Origin: the human T2T-CHM13v2.0 reference genome, Homo sapiens
DNA length: 64,000 nt
Assembly (NCBI RefSeq): GCF_009914755.1
Contig: NC_060926.1
Strand: one strand, 5' to 3'
This document shows positions 12,711 through 31,989 of the stretch, piece after piece. Under the pieces are notes generated by a model. The model had not been told where the DNA came from and made no database searches. It worked only from the letters and a program-made list of their open reading frames with translations. The translations under genes and the position numbers were made by a program. How positions within the stretch are numbered: position 1 is the first letter of the stretch; each line of letters begins with the position of its first letter.

Positions 12711-15700
12711 TATGGGTAATGAGTAAATAGGCCCAGGGTTTTTATTTAGGTCAGTAACACCAAGGTGAATCAAGAGGCATAAATTCATACTTGTTGAATC
12801 CTTAATGTCATTTTTTAATTATTCAGAAGAAGAAAATTGTTCTGGCCCCAAAAGTTTGCAGTAGCACTGCTTCTAATACAGCAAAATCAGAGTGGCCTGA
12901 GCCATGACCTGAGCTGCTGAGTAAATTAAGTTAAAATTTAAATTGTGCAGCTATTCAGATGATGTCTAGATTAGTAGTATAGAAAAGGGAACCACATTTC
13001 TGAAAATAATATTAGGTAAGAAAAGAGTTTAAAATGTATAAGTGTGTAGAGCTATGCAGAAAACCAGGGGACAGGTATTTTGGTGGACCAGGGGACACTA
13101 CAGGCTTGGATATTAGAAGATCTGTATTAAGGCCACTTACATCTCAGACACGTCATTGTAATGTCTCAGCCTTACTTTCCACATCTCTGTGAAATGGGGA
13201 CAATAAGAAAACCTCCATCTCCTGGTTGTGAGGACTGGGTTAGCTCTTATGTATGAGGGTGCTTTGTAAACTGTAAAGCTCAAGTCACATGCTATGCAAA
13301 ATTACATATGTTTCTGGGTTGAAATTAGAAGGCAACCCAATAAATAAACTGGTGGGGTGGGGGAAGGGTAGAACTGGTATTCAGGAAAATGCAAATTACA
13401 ACAAAAATAACACAACATTTCACCCAGACAACAGAAAACAAACAAACAAAAAGTGCACAGAGAATATCCTCTATGCTTGAAACCTGAAACCAGGTTGGGC
13501 TGCCTGAACCTTGCTGCCCACCTTGACCAGGCAGAACTGGGTTGTGGACATGGACCATGGAGCCGTGGGATGGGGCATCTGGAGACAGAGGGCTTTGCTG
13601 TCTCCTGCTCCCTGGAAAAGAGCCAGTGAATTCAGATTCACTGAGCAACAAGTACCTTCCATGTGCCAGCACCTTCATGGATGTTAGAATGATAGCAAAC
13701 ACTTACAGAGGTTTGCTCTGGGCCAGGGACTTTGCAAGTGCTTTTTATGTATTGACTCACTTAATCCTTATAACAACTCATTGACAGACATAATCAATTT
13801 CCAGATGGAAATTTGTCACTTTCCAGAGATAGTCACTTTCCAGATGGGAACACTGAGGCACAGCGAGTTAGCTAACTCTGCCCAAGATCGCTCAGCTGGT
13901 AACTGGTAGAGCCAGGCTTAGGAACCCTTCCCACCTCTGCCTAGTCCAACCTCTCACCCCTGCCATGCCCGTCCCATGCTCTCTCCCAAACATGACTGTT
14001 TCAGTGTCCTGAGATCACAAGGAGCAGCCCTGAAATCACAATGCAGGTGTCTCTGGTTCCACTCCAGGGCTCTTTCCAGGGAACAAAACTCACTCGTTTG
14101 TCAGCAATTGGCCGTTTTTTTCTGGGTCAGTAGGTGTCTGTACTGCATTGGAGCAGTAGACCTGGCCTGGACCAACTCCAGATGCTCGTAGGTGCACGAT
14201 GCTGTCTCGGGAGGTGCCCTGCTGCCCCATCTCCAGCTGCTACCCTGACCCCAGCACCAGCTGTCTCCTTCCCAGGCTCCATTCCCCCAGGGAAAGGGAG
14301 GAGGATCCTCCAGGGGACACCCTGCTCCTGAATGCAGATGGCCCTGGAAAAACACTTGGAAAAGAGAAACTGACTCTGTGACCTGGCCAAATAGCTTACT
14401 TCCTCTGATGCATGTTTCCTTATCTGTCAGTACGAAGAATAATAAACATTTTATTCCCAGGTCCAATCCCACACAGGGTTGCAGATGAGGAGGAGGCAGG
14501 CTGGGAGTCGTGGGCCATTCAGCCTCAGGTGGGAGGAGGGGCAGGCCTTGTCTGGACTGTGTGCTGATGCTGATGGGTGGACAGGGAGCCTTGGCAGGTC
14601 CAGGGCACGGGCTGGAAATCCTGCAACACCAACCCTAACTCACAGCTATTTGGAATTCGGTTCCTAAGCATTTACTCTGCCGTTGCTGCAAATGAACTGT
14701 GTGCTGGTGCATGTGTTTGGGCCCCGTGGAGTATGGGGGAGGCAAGGGAATGGAAAGCAGCGGTCAGGTGGCTGAAATGAGCCATCTCTCACTATGCACC
14801 AGACTTACCCATTTATTAGTTCACTTAACCCTCATCACAACCTCAAAAAGTGAACATGCTCACCCCCTTTTACAGACAAGGATGCAAAGGCCCATTCTAA
14901 ACTTCAACCAAGGGATTGGGTCTGGGAAGAGATGCTCACCAGGGCCTCTGGGATCCCGGCTGAGTCACCTGGCCTGGATGTCCATTTCATATCCTCTCTG
15001 TTACTCATTGACCGAGAATATGACTTAAATCCCTGTGGGCAATAGCCACTAGGCTCATGAGGAAATGGATAATGACTGTGACGCAGAAGCTAAAAGCCTC
15101 AATTACCCTTCATGACCGAAGCGTGGAACTTTTCTAGAGAGAGAAATTTTTGCCTCATAAATTGCACTTGTGAGAAATCAGTGCACGCAGGCTGGTGACC
15201 ATGGTTACCTCTTCTACAGCCAGAGGCAGCCTGCCCTGGACAGCCGGCGGGGGTCACCTCAGCTCCCACCTGCCGGGAAAGCCTTTGGAAGGAGCACCCG
15301 GGGTTGGCCAGAGCAGGATTAGGCCAGGGCAGGCAGCATAAAGAGCCAAGTTTAGGTAAACCCCTGGCTCTCAACCTCAGCTGCTCATTGGCAGCAACTC
15401 TAGAGGAAAGGACGGCAGAGGGGCTTTCAAACATCCTGTTGCTTGGGCTCCAATCCCAGAGAATCTGATGTCATTGTTCTGGGTGGAGCATGAGCCCTGG
15501 ACTTTAAAAGCTGCCCAGGTGATTCTCATGTACAGCTGAGGTTGAAAGCTAAATGGACCTTCCCCTGCCTGGCCAATCAGCCAAGCAGCAAGCTATTAGC
15601 AAGAGCAAACTGGGGAGGGAATCAGAAATAGGACAGAGTTCCTGCCCAGGAGAAGCTGACCATGTGGCTTGTGTACATGAAGCCAGATTGCTGACTCCCA

Positions 15701-16297
15701 GCTCCCATGGGCAACAGAGACCCTGGGAGGAGGCCAGGGTGCAAGGTGTAGCATCTTAGGGAGCAGAAGCTATATCTGATCCAAGCCCAGAGACCCAGAG
15801 GGCACTTGGGAGCCACGTGGGGATCTCACTAGTTTTCTGCTCACCACTGTCAGCTTTGGAAGTTGAGGCAATACCTGTTGGCCCAGCAAACCAGCATCTG
15901 TCCTTGCCCCTTTCACATGCATTCATTTCTCATTCGCTTAGTTCCTTGCTGGGCCTCATTCGCCAATTCTATTTTTCTTCATAGAACTTGGATCTGTTTG
16001 GGGGCTCCCACCATTGCACACAACTGTTGCCCCTCAATGCCATCATCACATGTGCACACGTCCTCTTGGTCCTGCTCTCTTTTTCCTCTGTCATTCATCA
16101 AATATCCAAAAGCAGCAGACCTACCTGCCTGAGAATCCCCATTCATTCCATTTACAAACATTTGCAGACCACCTCAGGCATGTGAGGAGCACCAGGATGG
16201 TGCTGGGCAGTGTGCTGCCCATATGAGCTAGTGACACAGAGGTAAAGGTGGCTGTGCCTGTGCCCTCAAGGCCACAGTGACTCTCATCACATAATGA

Positions 16298-16708
<411 letters not shown>

Positions 16709-17652
16709 TAATAAAAAAGTCTAGTTCATTTGCATATCAAAGGTCCAAACTCTCACCCAATTTAAACATCGCCCCTGCCGACTCCCAGCCCAATCAGGCT
16801 AAACTGCATGTGCTCTGGATTCTCAGGTGTGTTCAGCACTGACTCTCTTGGGAAGATTCGGTGTGTTCTTGGGAGACTCCCCATGGCTGGAGATACCAGC
16901 CTACAGTTTCCTGGACTTGACATCTTCTCCTAGAAACTGACGTGACAGGATAAGCCCTGTTTAACATTTCGTTAATTACACAATATTCAAACTTCTGTGG
17001 GTTTTTGTTTCTGATGTTGTTTTCTAACAAAAGCATTTAAGGGTATGAATTTTCATCAGAACACTTTTTAAAATTAATATTTGCATCTACTGCTTCCCTT
17101 GCCCTTCAACAGTTATGTATGCTCATTGTGCAGTGATTTTTTGAATTCACGAAGGCTTTCATTCGGTCATTCATCTGACAAATATGTATCAAGTGCCTTC
17201 TGGTTCTTAGGGATGTGGATACATCAAGAAATACAGTAGTCAAACACCCTGTACTCAGAGAGCTTACAGTTCCCCCCGAGTGTCGAGTGTCGGAGAGAAA
17301 CTAATAATTATAATGACATGCAATGCAGAAAGTGAAAACAACACAAGTCACTGGTGATCTCAAAGCCCAGAGATGACCATGGTTCACATTTTAGTACATG
17401 ACTTCCCAGTACCAGCAGTGTGTAGAGCATTATATTGTGAGCATTTTCCCACAGCAGCAAGCATTTTTGAACAAAATGATTTTTTTGTATTTCAAAATGT
17501 GGATGAATCATAAATATCTTAATCATGGAATCTCTAAGGCTGAAAGAGTTTTTAATGGGTGTCTATTCTACAGGTGAGTGGAGTGGCAGTAATAATTGGG
17601 AAATGGTGGGAACTCTGAATTGCAGTGGCATACTCCTTTAAGAAAGGGAAGG

Positions 17653-17965
<313 letters not shown>

Positions 17966-18797
17966 GAAAGGGAAGGTAGCTGCTTCTACATTTCCACAAA
18001 GCCCAAGGTTGAGAGAATCCACTTTGAAAGCTAACTTTTTCTCTTTTAAAGGGAAGATACTGTCTTTCCTGGAGCTACAAGGCTGGACCCTTTACCACCT
18101 TCTTACTATGAAGGCTGGATCTGGCTCAAAGCCCCTTTTCTCAACTGCAGCCCAACTGCTGCTGAATTTCAACTTCACTTAAACTTTGGAAAGGTCCGGG
18201 GCATATTTTCAGCTGGGAGAGGTTTTCTTTTCCTTTATTTTAATCAGCTCGTAAGTCTATAAGCAGCTTGGGCAGTAAAGTTCAGACTTTGAGAAACCAA
18301 AAACTAAACCACCATTTGCATTCACACCAGGGTGGACAGTCTCAGCTCTCAAGAATTTTATGTTTGTCTTGGAAAAAACTGAGAGGCTAAGTGCAGCCAA
18401 GGGAGTGAGAAGGAAATGATGCTTCAGCCTGAGTGCTGCTTTTCTCTACAAAGATGGGGGTGACGATCAGAGAACCATAATGCAGGCAAGGAATCCAGTC
18501 AAGGAAGACGGTAGCTGTGCAGGTGGTTAGTGTGAAGGATGTGAGACTATCCTGCATGGCCCTCGATGTGTCTGGGCAAGGGAATTCACTAGCCCATCTG
18601 CCAATGGCGACCTCCAGGGCTTGACTTGGTCATCATCCTCAGGAGATTCCCATGTGGGTATTTAAGCTTTCCAACTAAACTTTAAGCTTTGGTTAGGAAT
18701 TTTGTCGGTTTGGGTATTAGGTTTGTTTTAACACCACCTGCCCACCCAGGTCTCTGTACACAGGCTTTACTGTCATGGGATGGGATGGGGGGAAGCG

Positions 18798-19150
18798 CAG
18801 TTGGCCCTCTGTATCTGTGTTTTCTACATCCGTGGATTTCAGCTAACCACAGATCAAAAATATTCAGGGGAAAAGTGGATCGTGTCTGTGCTGAACATGC
18901 ACAGACTTTTTTTCTCAACATTGTTCTGTAAACAATACAACTTAGCAACTATTTACATAGTATTTACATTGTATTGGGTATTATAAGTAATCTAGACATG
19001 ATTTAAAGTACACAGGAGGATGTGTATTGATTATATGCAAATAATACAACATTTTTTATCAGGGACTTGAGCATCCATGGATTTTGGTATCCACAGTGTC
19101 CTTGGGGGGTGGGTCCTGGAACCAATCTGCTATGGACACTGAGGGACAGC
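18798..19150. mobile_element. MER2-like (Tigger) DNA transposon relic
   Basis: CAGTTGGCCCTCTGTATCTGTG...GGACACTGAGGGACAGC terminal inverted repeats and characteristic internal sequence. Confidence 0.8.
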
Positions 19151-20746
19151 AGTACATCGAAAGTTTTTGTTTCTGCCTCGTTTAAACACCACATGACTCT
19201 GAGCAAGTCAACTTCTATGAGCCTTGGTTTCCTCATCTGGAAAATGTTTGTGGTGTAAGCTTATGCCACATGAAATACAGCTTGTTAAACTGTAAAAGAT
19301 TACATAAAGTTACCATTATCCTTCCTGCTAAATGCTAATCATCCACACTGAGATTTGAATTTCATCATGAAGTATGTTCATTTCATTTCATTCTCACCCT
19401 GGTAAGTTCCTAAGGAGAAAACATTATAGGAAACTTCTAGAGCGAAAGAATAAACTACTAATCACTAGAGCCTAGCACTGGGCTAGATGCTTTCTCATAC
19501 TTGAAGACTCATTTATTCCACAGCTCTGTGAGGTTAGAAATATAATAATCCCCTTTCAGATGGAAAGAAACAGGCTTGAAGTGAGTTTCAGTGATATCTT
19601 CGAGGTTACCCAACTGAAGAAAAGTCACAGTTCTGTGCTGGTAAAGTGACTCTGAAGAAAGAGAGAAAAAAAAGCTTGCCCATTACTGTGGTGTAAATGC
19701 TCCCACTGTGGCTGATTTCATGCCCACCGGTATGAGCTAGCCTCTGCACACTACTGGAGGAGCTGCATTTGAATGCAAGCTCAGGTTTCCTAATTTCGGG
19801 TAAAGATCATTTCCTGAGCCCAGGGCAGTGACACTCCTCCCCAAGCAAAGAATCCCCTCACACCAGGAAGGACCCAGAGCTGGTTGGATCACTTAGGCCT
19901 CCACCCTCAGACCAACCTAACCAGATCCTCTGAGGCAGGGGCTGAGGATCTGCATTCTAGACAAAGACCTATACGTGCACTGTAATTTAGGTACCACCCA
20001 GCCCTCAGCACCAAGATCAAAGGCCTCTCCCACTCCTGTCTCCCAAAAGCACTGCAGGGAGGAGCAGACATGTCTCAGGAGACAGAAGACAGCATTCTGT
20101 AGCTGTCCCCTGTACTGGAATTCTGATTGGGTTCCTATGGGCTGAATCATGGTGGTAAGCTGATCGCTCTGTCTCTGTCATTAAACTCTCTTTATGCTTA
20201 TGCTGCTTTTCACCAAATCTAAGATTCTACTGATTGTAAGTCACATCATTACTTTTTTTTTACCATCAAGAAATAAAAACTGTTGTCAAAGATGTTAAAC
20301 TATGAAAAAGTACATCTAAGAATCATGAAATATGTTATCAGTGGGTGTATATACACTCCTTTATCTCCCAGTTTTACAATAGCACAGTAAATATTCTATT
20401 CTTTGAAGCCTGAGGTTGGGTCTTACTCATCTTAATTTATGTCCTCAGAGATCCAGCAGGCTTGGTTGAATGAATACATGCCTAGCAACATATCAAAATA
20501 GACAACTTATTAATTAGTCATCAATAAATGCCCCAGGTTTTGCACCAAGCACTTTCTATTTAATTTCCATAACAACCCAATGAAGTAGGTGCCAGACTTT
20601 CTCCACTTTACAGAAAAGGTAACTGGGGCTTGGAGAGGCCATGTAACTGGTAAGAACCCTGCCTGGGACTTGAATCCCAAGTCTGAAGCTCCTGATACCA
20701 TTCACAATATGGAGAGATCCTTGAGGATATTGAAATGTTTTCACCA

Positions 20747-21026
20747 GGCCGGGTGCAGTGGCTCCTGCCTGTAATTTTGGCACTTTGGGAAGCCAAGACA
20801 GGTGGATCGCTTGAGCCTAGGAGTTCTGGGCAACACAGTGAAACCCCGTCTCTAGAAAAAATACAAAATTTAGCCAGGCATGGAAGCATGTGCCTGTAGT
20901 CCCAGCTACTTGAGAGGCTGAGGTGGAAGGATCACCTGAGCCCAGGAGGTCGAGGCTGCAGTGATCTGAGACCACTGCACTCCAGCTTGGGTGTCAGAGT
21001 GAGACCCTGTCTCAAAAAAAAAAAAA
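20747..21026 (+). mobile_element. AluJ-like element
   Basis: Alu consensus with poly-A. Confidence 0.95.
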
Positions 21027-21792
21027 GTTCACAACATAGAATGGTACAGCACTACTATCTTAGTCTGTTTCTCAAGGCTTGACAATAAATAAACCTGTTT
21101 GATTTCTCTTTGGTGCTTGTGTTGCAAGAGGATGGATAACATTTTACAAAGCAAAGTTACCTTATTTTCTCACCTCCTTTGGACTTTTAGCTTTCTCAGA
21201 CTTTTTGAAGAGGAATGGTAGCAGGAGAGTTTTCTCAGCTTTGGTAACTTCTGGAGGACTTGCTGAAATTAAAACTTAAGGATTCATGTTCCCATGGAAG
21301 CCCCAGGGAGCAAAGCAGTCAGCGCCCTCCCTCTCTCTCCCTCGGGGTCTGGCCCTTTCAATCTACCCGGTTGTCCAAATTCAGATTGTGTGCCATTGAA
21401 TCCCACGTCGCTCATCTGCTCATCCCCACACTCACTGCCGCCCCTGGGGTGGCCGTCTCCGCTGGTTAGCCATCCTCATGAAAGGGTGGGGAAAATGCCT
21501 TTTCCCGTCTGCTCAGCTGCTACCAGTTTGGAATTTTTCAGGAGGTATTTGTATTGGTGCAAGAAAGCACAGTGGCAAGGGAGCTGACAGGGCGTGGATT
21601 CCCTCTCCGAGGTCTAGGTGCAAACTGCTTTGGACACTTCAGGGTTTACAGGGTCCACAGCACCACCATCACCTCTCCCTTGTCTGACCATCACTTATGT
21701 TTGGGGAAAGGCTAATAATTCCTTTCCCCAAAGCAGGTAAGTCTGAGCGTTTTGATTCTTTTCACATTCTTATTCATTTTCGAGTGATTTTG

Positions 21793-21794
<2 letters not shown>

Positions 21795-21830
<36 letters not shown>
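21795..21830. repeat. (GT)18 microsatellite
   Basis: Perfect dinucleotide run. Confidence 0.97.
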
Positions 21831-21831
<1 letters not shown>

Positions 21832-21970
21832 GTGGAGTTTTTCTGGTGGCCATTTTATACAGGGAGAGGTGAAGAGGAGTCATTCCTGGCATTTGCAGGA
21901 ATGAAAGAGAAGTGACACGTAAAAACCCTGGATGGGATACTAAGGCCTGGAAAAGGACATTCTGTGGGAC

Positions 21971-21989
21971 ACTGCCGCCATCTAGAGGT
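21971..21989 (-). promoter_or_regulatory. Candidate CTCF site
   Basis: Minus strand reads ACCTCTAGATGGCGGCAGT, matching the core CCNCNAGRKGGCRS. Confidence 0.6.
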
Positions 21990-22032
21990 TCATCTGTAAA
22001 TGACAAATGTATTAAGAGAACTAAGGGGTTCA

Positions 22033-22570
<538 letters not shown>

Positions 22571-22953
22571 GAAATGACAAGAGATTGGTAGACCTGCTAC
22601 TAGATCTTACTATGCTAATTAGGAAGCACATATATTCTGACAAAGGCTTATAAAAAGAAAAATAATAAGCACATATGTTACTAAATCACTCATTTTTAAA
22701 TATTTTGATGCTTACATTTCAATATGATTAATTTCTTCGAAATCCTTTGTTTTTTATTTTATGCATTTGAAAACATTGTTCTGTAAGGGGGTCCACACAC
22801 ACAAAAGGTAAAGGATCGCTGCTCTGGAGTCTCAGAGAAGGGACAGGTGACCATGGCTGGACAAGGCAGAGAGGGCTTCCCAGATGAGAAAAGACACAGG
22901 ACTTTGCACTTTATTAAAAGAGAGCCCCAGGAGCTCTCTTTTAATAAAGAGAG

Positions 22954-23431
22954 CGGTGGCTCATGCCTATAATCCTGGCACTTTGGCAGGCCGAGGCAGG
23001 TGGATCACCTGAGGTTAGGAGTTCAAGACCAGCGTGGCCAAACATGGGAAACTCCGTCTCTACTAAAAATACAAAAAAAAAAAAAAAAAATAGCCGGGCA
23101 TGGTGGCAGGCGCCTGTAATCCCAGCGACTCAGGAGGCTGAGGCATGAGAATCACTTGAACCTGGGAGGCAGAGGTTGCATTGAGCCGAGATTGCCCCAC
23201 TGCACTTCAGCCTGGGCGACAGGATAAGCCTCCGTCTCAAGGGAAAAAAAAATTAGCTGGGTGTGTTGGTGGGCATCTGTAATCCCAGCTACCCTGGAGG
23301 CTGAGGCAGGAGAACTGCCTTGAACTTAGGAGGCGGAGGTTGCAAGCTTGTAGTAAGCGGAGACTGCGCCACTGCACTCCAGCCTGGGCGACAGAGCAAG
23401 GCCCTGTCTCAAAAAATAAAAAATAAAAAAA
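22954..23431 (+). mobile_element. Three-arm Alu composite (left arm + two right arms)
   Basis: One TSD pair AAAAGA(G/C)AGCCCCAGG at 22916-22931 and 23428-23443. Confidence 0.9.
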
Positions 23432-23603
23432 GACAGCCCCAGGGCAATTTCAATACAGGCCTTCTCTGAGGAAGCAGAGCCAGGCCTTTAATCAAAGTGT
23501 AAAAATAGAAAGGTTTCTGTGACTTCTCCTATGTCCAACCTAGAAAGTGGTCTCTTTGGCAAGAATCTGAGAAGGTACTTCATACTAAAGGATAAATGAC
23601 TAG

Positions 23604-23983
<380 letters not shown>

Positions 23984-24154
23984 TGACTCAAAACATTCAT
24001 GAACACAAAGGACTGGCCCTCTGTGGGGGGCGTTTGGTTGTATGGCAAACTGCCTGATGCTCTGGGCAAGGTCAGCCTCCCCTTGAATCATACTGTCCCC
24101 GCCAGACCTGCCCGTGTGCATTGATTAGGTTTTCTTCGTTAAAAGAAATACAGA

Positions 24155-24795
<641 letters not shown>

Positions 24796-25891
24796 GCACG
24801 GAGCTCTACCACTCCTGTGCCTTCCCATGCCTCCTGCCTGCCGCTGTGCTTCTCAGGCCCTGTCAAATCCCAGGGGAGAGTATGTGTTGGCCCAGCTTGG
24901 GTAGGCATCCAGGCCTAGCTCTGAAGCTGTGGTCAGTGAGGCTGGGCAGGTCTGATTTCTTGGAGGGGATGAACTGTGAGAAGAGCAGAGAGGGAGGCAC
25001 ACAGGTGCCCGAGCTGTAGCCTGGAGGCCCCACCTTGAGGCAGGGGAGGTGGTCAGCTGTGGCCTTAGACTTCCCCAGCTGGACTCCATGCAGTTACCAT
25101 CAGCCTCTGCTCCACCTGCGCCACCTTCTTCCCGTCCCGTGACCTGCTCCAGGACCCCAAGGCTGGGCTGTTGACGAGGTTGTCATGGATGGGTTCCTGG
25201 GTTCCCATTAACCCACAGGCTACAAGAATAGGCACTTCCAAAACCCTTTAAGAAAAGACCAGGGGCACCTGGCTTAGCATCCACCACATCTTTGTCCCTT
25301 TAGAGACGGTTACCTTGTTCCCTTCTCATACCGGCCAGAGCCCAGGAATTTAACTACAGACACCTGAGACCCCCTCATGGCTAAGCCCTTACTACTTCCT
25401 GCACTCTGATTCCCTGGCATGCGAGAGACACAGGATCTCTCCCCAAGATCTCCTTGATTTGCATGCCTGTTGGATCTCTGGTTTCAGGCTTGTTCAGTCC
25501 TGTGGGACTTGAGCCACTGAGGCCAACCCTACACCACCCCCTCAAACTCTCCCTCCCCTCCCTGGGCAGCAGGGCTCATCACTCTGGACAGGCATGACCT
25601 GCAGTCCTTCCCTAGCCACCCAGGGGGGAATTGGAAATCCATGGACAGAAAATGCCCAGCGATGAGGTTTCCTTTTGATTCTGTCAGAGCAAAGCGAATT
25701 CTCTGAAAGCCTCTGAAACAGGCTTTTATCGAGAGCACTACCAATACAGTCCCTGGGGCTAAACACCCAGTAATGGGCCTAGTGAGATACTGTCCCAGAG
25801 GGCTGAAGTTTCAAACTGCCATTGTGGTGTTGAAAAGATTATGTTGCCTTCAACACTTCTTTTTAATTTTTTTTAATTTTTAAAAATATAA

Positions 25892-28620
<2,729 letters not shown>

Positions 28621-29554
28621 CTGCTTTAGCTGGTATTCTAGGACACCCCTCTGGCAGGGTAAAGGAGGTGTGCCACTGTATCACTGACAGGTGTCCAGGC
28701 TCCCTGCTCTGCTTCCAGTGACACTCAAGGAAAGGACTTCTCATTACTGCTAGGCAGGGGTGGGAGTTTGGGCTCCCAAGTGGTCTCTCCTGACACTGTG
28801 GTGAACATCACCTTGTTATCACTGGGCAGTGCTGAAAGTCCTGACTCTCCAGTAGGCCTCTTCTGACACCATCCAGCAGGAAGGGGAGGGGAGCCTCCCT
28901 ATTGACAGTTAGGGGTCCAGGCTTCTTGTATGTTCTCCACTAACCCCGTGGGCAGAAGGGGGGCTCATTACCACCCAGGGATAATCCCAGCTCCTTCCTT
29001 GGCCTCCTCTGATGCTACCATAGCAGAAAGAAGGAGGGGTGCCTTGGCGAGGCCTGGTGAGGGTGGAAGTCTAGGCTCCCCACTCTGCTGCCATGGATGC
29101 AGGTGGGGCTGCAGCCTTCCTGTGGTGTTTGGTTGGAGCAGAGCGGTTATTATCTAGAAGCTTTCTGTCTTGCTTGTCCTTTTCTTCATCCTTTGGGTAG
29201 AGACAGCAAGTTTTTACTGGGGCCTTTCTACATCCTTTGGTGTTTCTGAGCTCCTGCTTCCTTAGCTCCAAGTCTACATATATGAGGCAAAAGGAAAAAC
29301 CAGGGAACTCACTGCCATGTTGTTGCTCAGGTCGCAAGGTCCCTGGACAGTCTGCTTTATTTTCTCCACTTTTCAGAATCTTCTTGTTGTTGTTTTTATA
29401 ATGTCCAGGGTTTTTGTTGTAATTTGCAAGAAAAATTAGGGGGAAGTGCCTCTACTCCATCTTCCTAGAAGCAGAAGTCCTGCTTGGTTTTTAAAGATCC
29501 AAAAAGTTCAGATATAATGTTCATGGTTTCTGCTATTAATTCCGTGGTTGAAAT

Positions 29555-29600
<46 letters not shown>

Positions 29601-29650
29601 CAGATAGATGATAGCTAGATAGATAGATAGATGACAGATAGCTAGATAGA
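29555..29650. repeat. Compound (GATA)n STR: 11 perfect units followed by degenerate units
   Basis: Directly visible. Confidence 0.95.
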
Positions 29651-29757
29651 GTTCTTAATAGAATGAATTCTCTCTTGAGGTGGAAATGTGACTTAGCTCT
29701 TTTTATTGAGGATGCTATGCAAAAATACATCTGTGTCCTCTGATGAAAATACTCTCA

Positions 29758-29943
<186 letters not shown>

Positions 29944-31989
29944 TCAGAAGCTATTTAACTCCAGAGCCTAGACGAAAGAAGTTACATGGCAAACACACAA
30001 TAAATATCCAATGAATGAATCAACAAATAAACAAACACACAACTGAATAAAATGGTAGATATATATAGTGCTGGTGTATACAGCACTAATGTGACCAGAA
30101 ATTTAAAAGCACTAATATCTCGTTGCTCTATGTTTAGGGAAACACTTGTTGGTATATGCTATGAGTCTAGCTAAAGGAAATAGCCTCTTTATATACAATG
30201 TGAATGAAGTTTTAATTAGAGTAACTCTTTGGGACAGCAATTTAGCAATATTGACCAAGGTTTAAAATTGCTCAAACCTCAGTAACTCAATTTCCTCAAA
30301 AAATAATGGTAAAAATAGAAAAGGTTTTATGCATGAGCATGCCTTTGATAAAACAAACAAACATACAATTGTATAAATATCACGATTACAAGTATGTAAG
30401 AAACAAACAAAATAGAAACAGGAAAAAAACATCAAAAGGAGATAGACCGTAATACAATGGCTATATTGGACAATTGGATTGTATTTTCATCCCTCCTCTA
30501 TTCCGTATTTTCAAATGATCTTTAATGAAAGTTTTTTTTATAATAAAACACCAGCATTTTATTCCTGTAGCACCAAGAGTGACAGAGTGAATTACAGTTG
30601 TGTAGTCAAGCACAGAGTGGGAAAAGATGTCACATTTATACATTTTAAAGAGCATTACTGTAAAAATCAATTACATTTGACATAGAAACTCCCCTCCCTT
30701 GAGTTCCCCTGCTAAATGTTCATCCTCACACAATATCCTGTAGACTTTCCCAGTCCTGTTCCCATCTGCAATTCAGCACTCTGGTGCCATCGAATCCTGG
30801 GCACAGACCAGAACATGGCTGACCTTCCCGTTTGCCTCCCATCTCATCTCTCATGCGCCTTCTTGGCATATTTCTATTCTCTCTTCCTGGCTATAGGACT
30901 TGGGTGGGTGACTTAATTTTTGTAGGCAGACCTTCCCACTTGCTCAGGAAGCATCCCCCTGAAGGGATCTGGCAGTCTCCTGGCTGCAAAGCAGGCACTC
31001 CTCCCTACTAAGGAATGCCTGGGGTGAGGGGAAGCAACCCCAGTGCAGATGCTTTGGGTTAAGAAGTAGAGAGGTGTAGATCGGCTCAAATGGCCCTTGC
31101 ATAGCTGAATAATTTTTGTTTTCCTAAAATGGTTTTAGATGGGATCGTGTCTGAAAACCAGTCTTTGTTCCTGGGAGGTAAGTTTGAGTGATTCCCGGCA
31201 GTCAGGGGGCAAAACTGGATGATGATGTGCTGTCAGAAAGAATAGGGAACACAGCTTCCCCACTTGTTGATGGTGGGGGCACAGGCGAGAATACGGTGCC
31301 CACGGCCCTCTGGACTGTTCTGCTGAAGGCCCGAGCCTTCCAATACAGTATAATAATGGCCTCAGCAGAGCCATGGAGCCAGAATACCAGATAGCGGCGA
31401 GGAAGGAGATTTCTCTGAAAGAAGCAAATAGTCCATTGCCAATCATGCTATGGCATCCCGTGCAGCAGCTCCCCACCCGCCTCTTCCGGTAATTGTACCT
31501 GGATTTCCTTCTCTGAAATGCCTCCTCCCCACTGTCAATCATTTTATTACCAGTGGGGCTCCAGCCCCTCACCCAGGATGCAGCACATAACCAAGGCCTG
31601 AGCCAACTGGCCCATGTGGCATGGCCCTGGCCTCAGTGATTTGTCCAGGGGTGGACTGGGAATAATAATGCTGGCTGTCACTGAAAAAGTGCTTCCTCTA
31701 TCCCGGCTTCGTTGTTAGGATTTTACCATGTTAACTCAATTAACCCTCACAGTGACCAGATGAGGTGATACCATCATTATTATCCCTATTGTCATATGAG
31801 GAAACTGAGGCACAAAGGCACTAAGTAGCATGCCCAAGCGACAGAGCTCATAAGTGGCAAAACCAGGACTGATACCAAGACAGTCTGACGCCAGAGTTCA
31901 TTCTCTTAGCACTATGCCATAGAGCCTTCTAGGTCAGCCGTGGCACAGGTGTGTGGCATAGGTGTGCCGTGATAGGCTTTTTCCTGAAG

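Noticed and set aside
6570-14967. Scattered AP-1 motifs (TGAGTCA at 6570 and 14961, among others) as enhancers
   Set aside because: 7-mers occur at background frequency and cannot be supported without chromatin data.
30066-30088. 8-bp-stem inverted repeat TAGTGCTG...CAGCACTA
   Set aside because: Short enough to arise by chance in 64 kb.
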